A model generated the notes under the pieces. The model searched no databases. It was not told the DNA's origin and saw only the letters and a list, made by a program, of their open reading frames with translations. Of a stretch of DNA of 64,000 nucleotides, positions 54,338 through 64,000 are shown piece by piece; within the stretch, counting starts at the first letter, position 1, and each line of letters starts with the position of its first letter. The stretch covers positions 5,456,001 through 5,520,000 of the forward strand of contig OX597831.1 in the NCBI GenBank assembly GCA_951406725.2. The letters run 5' to 3'. The stretch is from Octopus vulgaris (Eukaryota). The position numbers were made by a program, and so were the translations under genes.

Positions 54338-54924
54338 GCATGTATATATATATATATATAAGAGACAATTATGCAGTTAAACAAATTAGATACACTAAAT
54401 ATGCATGTTTGGGTATGAAATACAAAATATGCATGTATGTATTCATGCAAAATGAGAGAAAGCAAAGGGTGGAGACATTCCTACAATATCTAATATTTTT
54501 AATTTATCTGTATAATTGCCCCTATACCCACTCAACTTGATGTTTCCTACAGCCCTTCTTTACCTTGTGGAGTCAATCCCCTGTACAGACATCAGAATCT
54601 AAGTCTGAATCTTGTGAGCTCTACTATGTGTCTTCTGCACTGAAAATCTCTGAATCTCATCTGTGGACTAATAAACATACATATAAAAAATTATAAATTT
54701 TCTAGCTTATATGCTGAGAAATAGATGCAAAATCATCTCGCCACACAATTTAGCATCTATTTCTCAGCATATAGGCTAGAAAATTTTTCTAAGCCCTTAT
54801 TATAAATAAAAATATAATTTTCACTTTAATTGGTTTCATTTTATATGCTGGCCGCTGATAAATTTTTTTTAAAAACAAGTTTTATCCTCTCTCATCATAT
54901 ATATATATATATATATATATAAGT

Positions 54925-55292
54925 AGGCATAGGAGTGGCTGTGTGGTAAGTAGCTTGCTTACCAACCACATGGTTCCAGGTTCAGTTCCAGTGCATGGCA
55001 CCTTGGGCAAGTGTCTTCTACTATAGCCTCGGGCCAAGGCATTGTGAGTGGATTTGGTAGACGGAAACTGAAAGAAGCCCGTTGTATATATGTGTGTGTG
55101 TGTGTGTGTGTCCAACATCACTTGACAACTGATGCTGGTATGTTTGCGTCCCCGTAACTTAGCAGTTCGGCAAAAGAGACCAATAGAATGAGTACTAGGC
55201 TTACAAAGAATAAGTTCTGGGGTTGATTTGCTCGACTAAAGCTGGTGCTCTAGCATGGCCACAGTCAAATGACTGAAGCAAGTAAAAGAGAG
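54925..55292 (+). mobile_element. SINE family B, full length
   Basis: Consensus match. Confidence 0.85.
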
Positions 55293-56018
55293 AGTAAAGA
55301 GTTCTGGTGTGTTTTTAAAATTCTTGAAATGACTTTTCCACGAAGGGAGTTGTGAGAAGATTTTGCTTAACTCTAAGTTTGGAATTTAAGCAAAATGGTT
55401 GACTCCTAGAAATATATCTGCTAGTGACCCCCCACCTGCCCCTTTAAGAAAGACGCATTGATTTTATTTATTTATTTATTTTTTTTTTTGATATAAGCAC
55501 TTTGTGACACAAACGATATCTTGAAAATCCTGCAAGAAATGGGTAAATTGTGAAGCAAACCTCAAATTTTGTTATCAAGTCAAACACGATTGTCTTTTTC
55601 CTTTTCACTTAAACACACAACATCATCATCATAATTATTCGGTGTGCATGTTCCATGTTGGCATGGGTCAGATGGTGTGACAGGATCCGATGAGCTCTGA
55701 TGTCAGCTTTTGCACACCTTCTACAGCTTGATATCCTTCCTAACATCAAACACTTTACAGCATGGACTCAGTGCTTTTTTTTGTTTTTTGTTTTGTGCCA
55801 CCAACATTATTGAGGTGGCACAAAAAACGAAATCACCCAATACACGCTGTAATGTGGTTGACATTAGGAAGGGCTCACACACTCACAAACACACACATAT
55901 ATATATACACACGATACACAAGAACAAGAGAGAAAGAGAGTGCAGCTAAGAAACCCTGAGTCTTTGATAAAAGTGTTGAAGCTCTCAGAATGGCTGGCAT
56001 TCTGAGAACTTCAAGAAA

Positions 56019-56191
56019 TTACAAGTGTGCATGGGTGGTGGTGACATTGATGGAAAAACACAAACGAAACAATGGTTGGCACTGAAGTTCTTGACATAAG
56101 TGTGTAAGGAATGTACTAGTGCATTTGTTTACTTTGGGTGTGAGAGAGGTGAAGGGTCTATATGATGATAGTGAAGGGTTGGGCTTAGATG
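56019..56191 (-). CDS. Possible third terminal exon (phase 1) ending THAHL*
   Basis: Strong pyrimidine tract cttcctccttccttgcag|CATCT. The phase-1 frame, which fits the 58817 donor, stays open longest (57 codons). No homology recognised. Confidence 0.25.
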
Positions 56192-56367
56192 CTGCAAGGA
56201 AGGAGGAAGATGATGATGATGTGAAAACAACATAAAGGCAGCAAATTATAAAACTAAACAATAAGCAACATTATCATCTCTTTTTAAACTTAAAACCATT
56301 AAAACAGGTGTCATATTCTGTGAGGGCAATAAGTGAGGGTCGAAAATAACACTGTGCAACATAATTT

Positions 56368-56797
56368 TTGTCCTTGGGTAGCATCTGTCATTTCCTATTT
56401 GTTTACCCCTAGAAAATATGGAAAATGGTTAATATTTCCTTCAAAGTTTGCTTTTGGTAAATATATTCAAACCCCAAAGAAAATCTTTCGAAACCTGGCT
56501 ATGATGCTTCCCCACATTTGCTCATGATCAGAGGTGCACATATTGTCAGCCACCAAGGGACATGCTCAGCTAGTTATGCTCAAGCAAATCTGTGGTACTG
56601 AATAGAATATTTAATATAATGATATTTCTGCTTCAGCAACTCTGTGCTGTATCTGTCCGTAATGTAATGGAAAATAGGTCAGTTTCAAAACATTGATGTC
56701 CAGGTCACAAAAGCGAAGTTTGAAGGGAATAGTAAACATTCTCTATGATTTCTAGATAGAAGCAAATAGGACATAACACTTTCTGACCAAAGACAAA
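56368..56797. mobile_element. Old MITE-like element with ~90-bp degenerate inverted ends
   Basis: ttccttcaaagtttgctttt is inverted to aaaagcgaagtttgaagggaa, and tttgtccttgg to ccaaagacaaa. Confidence 0.5.
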
Positions 56798-57252
56798 TAT
56801 ATATATATATATAAATTTATAAATAAAGATAATATCAATCTTATCAAGTGGCCAGCATGGGAATAAATACCATACAAAGGTAATAATTATTTAAAACTAT
56901 AAATTACACCTCACAATAATCCTTCCACCTCACAACTCCCACTGACTATATTTTTTCCCCTTATATACCTCGTACCATCATTTATTGTATTAAGAAGGTG
57001 AAGAAAGATAATATAGTTCTGAAGGGTCCTCTCTAACTTGGTCCCTATAACATGGACTAAAATCCTTTTTTTTTTTGCTTCCATTTTCTCTTTCTGCCTT
57101 GTCTGTCTTAGAAACTACATAGAGATCCTTTGCATCTGCTTGAATCCGCATAAAATGGATGATAAACTTTTGTAGAAGAAATAAATACCAAAACTTTGTT
57201 CTCTTTTATAATTCATACCTGGAATTTATCTTCTGTAACAGCTAAATTCAAC

Positions 57253-57640
57253 AGTGGCTGCGTGGTAAGTAGCTTCCTTACGAACCACATGGTTCCGGAT
57301 TCAGTCCCACTGCGTGGCACCTTGGGCAAGTGTCTTCTACTATAGCCTCGGGCCAACCAAAGCCTTGTGAGTGGATTTGGTAGACGGAAACTAAAAGAAG
57401 CCCATTGTATATATGGATGTGTGTGTATATGTTTATGTGTCTGTGTTTGTCCCCCCTCAACATCGCTCAACAACCGATGCTGGTGTGTTTACATCCCCGT
57501 AACTCAGCAGTTCGGCAAAAGAGACCGATAGAATAAGTACTAGGCTTACAAAGAATAAGTCCTGGGGTCGATTTGCTCGATTAAAGGTGGTGCTCCAGAA
57601 TGGCCACAGTCAAATGACTGAAACAAGTAAGAGTAAAAGA
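57253..57640 (+). mobile_element. SINE family B, antisense within the putative 3' UTR of the CaaX isoform
   Basis: Consensus match about 420 nt downstream of the stop at 58056. Confidence 0.85.
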
Positions 57641-58055
57641 GGGAGGCTGGTTTTCTCAGGTGACAAAATTTTAGGTTGATAAAGATTAAATTCTGATTGG
57701 ACATAACTAAATATACAGGAACTACCCCTGTTTTGGCACAGAGCTTTGGAAGAACTTTGTGAAAGGAATGCATTTCACCAATTCACACACACACACACAG
57801 GTGTCTAGGTTTGACAATGGTACCAGACTAAGGTAGGACAATAAAGATGACATTCACAAAACTTAAATACATGAACAAAAAACAAAATAATAATAATAAT
57901 AATAATAATAATAAACGGTAGAAAAAATATTTGAAGCAAATAAAAAATAAATAAGGTGAAAATATAAGAAATAAACAAAAAGAGGCAAATGAAACTCACG
58001 TTACAATTGTCTGAAGGGGGGAGGTGCATTGGAGAAGGTGGGAGACGAGAGGATG

Positions 58056-58853
58056 TCATACAACTGTGCAAGATGGACATAGCCAGGACGTGCGTTTCGC
58101 TAATGATGAAGATCTGGATACACCTATGGATCTCGGAGACTGTGCTAATGTCCCTTTTCCGCTAACACTGTCAGGACATGGCTGGACAACATTACATGCA
58201 CATTGGACATCTGTGGTGTGAGGTGTGGAATGTGCTTCATGCATCGTCATACTACTGAGGCTACCATCTCTGCCACTGCCACCAGAATCTGCAGGAGTAC
58301 CTAGGCTGGGAGCATGAACGGTCGGATGCTGTGACAGAATTAGAGAATTGCTATCGAGGTTTGATGTGTTGATACTTGGATTGTAATACTCCGACGACAA
58401 CAAGGTCAGTGTCGAAGCTTGATCGAGGTTGTCGAGGTTACTCTTTCCAAGGTGCTCAGGAAGGTCATCGAGGCTGGTGTCAATGAAGTCTTCTGATGAA
58501 GAGCTATGGTGTTTCATGTGACGCTGCCAGTTCATCAGAACACTCTCAGCCATTAACACCTGTCTAGCCGTGTCATGGAAGGAGATACGAGACTCTTCAG
58601 CACCGTTCAGAGAAGATTTTGATAGATGGTTCTCGGCATAATTCCTAGACCGAACGCTATTCCGAAAGTTAGAGAGCAGCCTCTGCTCATATTCAAACAC
58701 AGCATAATCGTGAATATTCAACTTTGCAATTTCTACGTCGCTCATGTCCTCGCCATTTACAGACAAGGTGTTCCTTCGCAAATGTCTGGTGGAAGTGGGA
58801 ATTTGAGGTGAGTTACCTGGGCCGTTCTTCACATGAAATAGAAGGTAGACTGG
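58056..58853 (-). CDS. INPP5A: Long read-through terminal exon of INPP5A, 265 codons, ending in CaaX motif CTVV*
   Basis: About 800 nt of stop-free, non-repetitive sequence that is more GC-rich than its flanks and continues the catalytic-domain frame. It ends ...KRTSWLCPSCTVV-TGA. Type I 5-phosphatases are known to end in a farnesylation CaaX box. Confidence 0.78.
   Translation of the reverse strand, partial: PVYLLFHVKNGPGNSPQIPTSTRHLRRNTLSVNGEDMSDVEIAKLNIHDYAVFEYEQRLLSNFRNSVRSRNYAENHLSKSSLNGAEESRISFHDTARQVLMAESVLMNWQRHMKHHSSSSEDFIDTSLDDLPEHLGKSNLDNLDQASTLTLLSSEYYNPSINTSNLDSNSLILSQHPTVHAPSLGTPADSGGSGRDGSLSSMTMHEAHSTPHTTDVQCACNVVQPCPDSVSGKGTLAQSPRSIGVSRSSSLAKRTSWLCPSCTVV
58817..58853 (-). CDS. 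INPP5A: Short form of the next INPP5A exon (37 nt, PVYLLFHVKNGP + G, phase 0/1)
   Basis: Acceptor ctttttgtttttttttttccaatgcag|CCAGTC and donor CCAG|GTAACT. In frame with the upstream DHK exon. Confidence 0.8.
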
Positions 58854-59099
58854 CTGCATTGGAAAAAAAAAAACAAAAAGAAAACAGTCATGAATATAAT
58901 TACAAGATTAAAAAAAGAACAATGTCAGATTAATGTCAAATATGCATAGCAATTAATACAATATGCAAATATTACACATTAACATATTTTAATCAACACT
59001 TAATATACAAGCATCATATTTCAATCAACATATCAAAGAATATATTAAAATAAAGGAATAATATTCACAGATCCAACATGAATGTGACTTTATCCATCC

Positions 59100-59420
59100 A
59101 TCTTCAATTCCTAAGATGGTCATGGAAGTAGAGTCCTCAGGTGCCTCCTTCACAGGATCCTAGCTGATGCTATCTGATTTTTGGCTGGATTCCCAAGTTG
59201 TGACCAGCTTAGACGATTGACATCATCCAAACATCTCATTCATGTTCTAACCTTTGGTCTCCTGCCAGTTGGCTTGGCTTGAAGAATCCGTCTTGTGATT
59301 CTTCCCTGCGACATTCTAATCATGTCTACAGTACAGGAGCAGTGGTCTTTCAATGCGGAGAAGCAGCAGCTTGTCTTGAACAGACTCCTTAACCTCTGAG
59401 CCGTACAAGTAATGTTGTGA
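59100..59420 (-). mobile_element. RTE-type LINE fragment
   Basis: Nucleotide similarity to 22880-23040 (gcttgaagaatccgtcttg, caatgcggagaagcagcagct). Confidence 0.7.
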
Positions 59421-60818
59421 CTTTATACAATGAATAATCCCATGGGAGCTAAAGAGAGAGCCTCAGTCTGGTCCTTTGACCTGCTAGAAATAACATCTAA
59501 CTATCCCTTAAATGACATTCTTCTGCCTTAAACAGGAAAGGACACTTTGCATTGGATGATGTGGCCCTATGTATAATATATCTGAGTAAAAGATGGACTG
59601 GTCATGGGAGGGCTTCATTTGATCATCCCTCTGGATCAGAGCTGACCTGGGCTTAACTGTTTCAGAGGGGATCCACAGACATCTGTAAATATTTGCATCA
59701 GGTTAACTATCAGCTCAAAATATCAAACACTGGGCATAGCTTAATCTGTGCACAATTGTATGTGTACATATAGGACATATAGGTATAATATATGTATATA
59801 TAAATCATTTTCAGTGGCTGAACTCAAAGTAAATAAAACTATAAATATCATGTAAATATTGGGTTAAATATTGGATTGGAAAAGTCAAAGGCAGCATATA
59901 TGATGGTTCTTATAATGAGCATACATACATACATATATATGTGTGTATGTGTGTATATATATATATAATGAGATGGATTTTATATTCAATGATGTCATTA
60001 TTTACCCTAAGTGCAGATTATCTTGGACTAATGCTAGTTGCATCTGATCACATTTTGCAATCCAACAGCAAAAGACAACAATAAAATTCCTGATGAACAA
60101 GAGACCATGACCATGTCTAAAATGCCGCCAACATTTCCAATTATGTTACACATGTCTGCAGAAAATATTACAGGTGTGATCAGCTGTTTCTCTTAGACAT
60201 GGTGCTATTTTTCCCCATGGTACTGCCACTTGGTACCACTTCCCTCTGCTACCACTTCCTTTGTGGTACCACTTTCCTAAGCAGTATGACTTGTTGGTAC
60301 TAACACAATATGCAATACCTGTGATAAGAGAAATATTAACTATTTCTGATGTTAATAATTTCCATCTACATGCCGCAACTTACACTGTTTCATATTGTCT
60401 TTCTCAACTTTCATCTTTTCAGAAATTAACAGATAAAAAAATAAACCTCAACATCAGTTGGTTTATCTGACATTATGCAAGTCTCAGCAAACATATTTAA
60501 AAGCATAAAAATTTTAAAAAAAACATCTAAATACCAATACTGAAGTGGAAAATCAAATGAAATTCATGTAAAATTATGTACAAATCATTAATTAAAATGG
60601 GTATGAGCTAATGAAAATGGTTTGTTAGGAATTGAGAACAAAAATGTCTTGTTGTGGAGGTTGACTGCACAGAAGTCAACATGTTGCTGAATTCTGATGA
60701 AAAACAGAACATTTTTGGTCAAATACTTCAAGACCTACGACTTCTGGAGCCACCAGAAAATAGTAATGTGTACTTTACTTAAGTACCGTGAATATATGAT
60801 TACAAAAATAATTAACTA

Positions 60819-61166
60819 CAGGGTGATTCAAAAGTCGCCATACATAGGAACAATTCATTTTTTTATAAGAAGCAGTTTATAAGAACAGTTTTTTTTTTAG
60901 TTTATCTAACAGGCTCTATATGGTTACCATTGTTTTGAATACACATTGCACTACGTTTACACCACTCATCGTGAACTCGTAATAAGCAAATGAGTTGGTG
61001 ATGCGTTCCTTCAAATGATTTATGTCTTTTATCTTTCTGCGATACACCATGCCTGTCAAATGCCCCCAAAGATAGAAATCAAGAGGGGTCAGATTAGGGG
61101 ATCTAGGAACTGCTTCTTATAAAAAAATAAATTTTTCTTATGTATGTAGACTTTTGAATCATCCTG
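60819..61166 (-). mobile_element. Tc1/mariner-superfamily deletion derivative
   Basis: TIRs cagggtgattcaaaagtc / gacttttgaatcatcctg with TA flanks. Remnant PRSPNLTPLDFYLWGHLTGMVYRRK. Confidence 0.85.
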
Positions 61167-62679
61167 TATTATTAATTAAGTCATATTTAAATCAAATAAA
61201 AATAAATTACTTAGTGAAACAAATATTTGGTTTAAGGCATTGTAAAAATACTTACATATGTGTGTATGTAATGTTGTATATGTTTATGAATGTCGATCAT
61301 GGCAGCCACCATGATCGACCGCTAGACACTAAAGCTTTTTCTATTCTCTCTTTGTTTTTCTCGTGTTCCTTTCTGTTGAAGAGCGTAGGCTTGAAATGTA
61401 AAAGACTTTCTCACCTTCCCAAGTGTTAAACTAATACACCTGTTGTTTATACACCTGTATTTTTTGTAAATTCCAACTATATATATATATGAAGTTATGT
61501 ATGTAAAGTTAAGATGAAATGTTTTGCTCCAGGACACACTGCACTACTGACTGCGTCCAGGGATCAAAACCGTGCTCTTGTAATCATGACTGCAACACTT
61601 TAGCTACTAGACCATGTACCTTCATGGCTAAATAAATAACTGACACTCTATCAATTACAAAACGAGGGTTCCAATTGAGTCGATCAATGGAACAGCCAGC
61701 TCATGAAATTAATGTGCAAGTGGCTGAGCATTCCACAGACATATGTACCCTTAAAGTAGTTCTCTGGAAGATTCAGATGACATAAATTGTGACAGGGCTG
61801 GACCTTTGAAATGCAGGTACTACTCATTTTTGCCAGCTGAGTGGATTGGAGCAACATGAAATGAAGTGTCTTGCTCAAGGACACAACGCGTCACCAGGAA
61901 TCGAAATCATGACCTTACAATCATGAGCCAAATACCGTAACTACTAAGCTATGTGCCTTCACCTTTACAGCTAAGAGTTAAAAAATAAGGTGAGAGTATA
62001 ATGATAGTCATTATATCACACAAAAAAAAAGACAACGTTGAATGTAAGTTAATGAATAGAACAATGGAAAAATGAGAGAGATGAATTGAAGATTATCTGA
62101 ACATGTTAAAAGAAACAAGAATTCTGGTAAGATTAAGAATACATTGGTTAGTAGAACTTAACAACACCGTTACATACCTGCTCTTGAATAGCTTGACAAA
62201 AGAAATTCATTTGCATAGAATTGTTTCAATGTTATCATTATTATTATCATTACAATTATTATGAAAAAAAAATATCATCAGAGAGGTGATGCATACCCTG
62301 TGTGCACACAAGGATAAAATGAAATTCAATTCAATAAACATATTCTCAGACGAATTCATATTTCAACAAAATTACCCTAAGAGTTATTTCCCCTGCTTAT
62401 CGTTTATGCACATGTAACAAAGAAAATAGACATTTTGATTCACCCGTCCCCCAGATTTGAAGATAATCAAACCAAAATTTAATGAGTTTGAGCCACTCAT
62501 CCAATGAGTATCTCTACCAAATTTGGTAAAAATCCATTCAGCCATTTTCCAGTAATTTTGCAAACACACAGACAAAAAGACTAAGATGAGTGACTACAAT
62601 ACCCTGCTTTTGCTTATGTGCGCAGGGTAATTATTATTATTATTATTAATAGTAATTATAATTGTAATGACAATAATAA

Positions 62680-63570
62680 TGGTGCATCGGCAAAATTGTT
62701 AGCACATAAGACAAAATGTTTATCGGAATTTCTTGTAGCACTTAATGTTCTGAGTTCAAATTCTGCTGAGGATTAATTTGCTTTTCATTCTTTCAGGGTC
62801 TACATAAAATAAAGTACCAGTTGAGCACTGGGGTCAATGTAATCAACTAATCTTCTCCCCAAAAATGTTAGGCCTTGTGTCTATAGTGGAAAGGGGTTAT
62901 TCAAAAAGGTCATGAGACACAAGCATTAACATGCCAAATAAAATGCCAAGTTGCATCTCTTCTAGCTTTACATTCTGAGTTCAAATTCCATCAAGGCTAA
63001 CTTTGCCTTTCAGCATGTTGGGATTGATAAAATAAGTACCAGTTGAGCACTGGGATTGATATAATTGACTTACCCCCACTCCCAAATTCCAGGCCTTACA
63101 CTTGTAGTAGAAACGATTATTATTATTATTATTATTATGAAGGCAGTGAGCTGGCAGGATCAGTAGCATGCCAGGCAAAATACTCAGTGGCATTTCATTC
63201 GTCTTCACATTCTGAGTTCAAATACAGCCAAGGTTGATTTTGTTTTTTACCTTCCAGGGTCAATAAAATAAGTACCAGTTGAATCCTGGGGTCAATCTGA
63301 TTGAATTAACCTCTCCCCCAAAATTGCTGGACTTGTGCCAAAATTTGAAATCATTATTTTTATTATTATTATTATTATTAATATCATTTAGGGCATTGGA
63401 TTTGCAGAATCACCTGTGTATCAGATAAAATGCTTTACAGTATTTGCACTTTACCTTGTTTCATCCTTTCGAGGCTGATTAAGTACCAGTTACGTACTGG
63501 GGTTGGCAGTACTGACTAATCTCATCTCCCTTAAAAATCTCATACCTTGTGTCTATGCTAGAAATGATTT
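62680..63570 (+). mobile_element. Cluster of old SINE A-related copies
   Basis: Four diverged bodies (ttctgagttcaaat...aagtaccagttga) separated by (TAT)n. Confidence 0.7.
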
Positions 63571-63763
63571 TGATGGCAGGGAACTGACAGACGGGATCAT
63601 TTGAGCATCGGAATAAGAGCTTTGCAGTACTTCTTGAGTTCAGGTCTTGCCAAGGTCCCATTCTGGGGATGGCCTGCAAAGGCCATGAATTCTACTCCTC
63701 CACCCATTTCTTCTATCATATGAAAAGATAAAAAAAGCTTAAATGTGAAGATGTGACACCTAC

Positions 63764-63826
63764 CTTGTGGTCACCCATGCAGGTATTATGGCCTATGACA
63801 TCATATTCAAGTCGATGTTCGTCATT
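63764..63826 (-). CDS. INPP5A: Internal coding exon of a type I inositol-1,4,5-trisphosphate 5-phosphatase (63 nt, phase 0/0)
   Basis: The minus strand reads ctttctttatctctgctag|AATGAC...CACAAG|gtaggt and translates NDEHRLEYDVIGHNTCMGDHK. Joined to the next exon it gives CMGDHKPVYLLF, matching the 5-phosphatase DHKPV motif in its type I form (human INPP5A YDHIGPNVCMGDHKPVFLAF, from memory). Confidence 0.92.
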
Positions 63827-64000
63827 CTAGCAGAGATAAAGAAAGACCTTAAATGAAGTTGGGGACACAAGAGGGACTTTTGCTTTATTTATGTATTTAT
63901 TTGTAATGGAAGGAAGGGGCAGGAATGATGACCATTGCAGGCCCAACAAGACTGGTGCTCAGGTGAAGAGTTTGATGTGGTTCATGTTTATCCTGAAATT

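Noticed and set aside
55983-56007. 10-bp-stem hairpin tctcagaatg-gctgg-cattctgaga
   Set aside because: Too short to separate from chance in 64 kb. Prokaryotic terminator logic does not apply.
56981-56986. Minus-strand AATAAA as poly(A) signal of the CaaX isoform
   Set aside because: The hexamer is frequent in AT-rich DNA and cannot be assigned without 3'-end data.
58857-58859. ATG start of the 267-aa ORF as a standalone gene
   Set aside because: The ATG lies within the splice acceptor (aatgcag|CCA). The frame continues the upstream DHK exon.
62178-62191. Possible microexon (ttttgtcaag|CTATTCAAGAGCAG|gtatgt)
   Set aside because: 14 nt would frameshift and split the DHK-PV catalytic motif. 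At most a poison exon, with no support.

Overview
AT-rich, repeat-saturated eukaryotic DNA. The SINE families and microsatellite load suggest a coleoid cephalopod such as Octopus; this is inferred, not verified. The only host gene I can support is the 3' end of a type I inositol-1,4,5-trisphosphate 5-phosphatase (INPP5A-like) on the minus strand, where exon 63826-63764 (NDEHRLEYDVIGHNTCMGDHK) joins exon 58853 (PVYLLFHVKNGP...). The sequence offers alternative C-termini. Read-through of a donor at 58817/58816 gives a ~250-aa tail ending in a CaaX box (CTVV*). Splicing to a distal exon at 39203-39028 gives a tail ending in a class I PDZ ligand (ETSV*). A weaker third candidate exon ends in AHL*. 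The rest is three tRNA-derived SINE families (one repeatedly nested in itself), RTE-, Tx1/L1- and RLE-type LINE fragments, Tc1/mariner, piggyBac-like and Merlin/hAT-like MITEs, Penelope-like fragments with minimal hammerhead-ribozyme motifs, several long inverted repeats, a 16-bp minisatellite and many microsatellites. Nearly all ORFs in the supplied track are repeat artefacts. Repeat boundaries were read by eye and are approximate.
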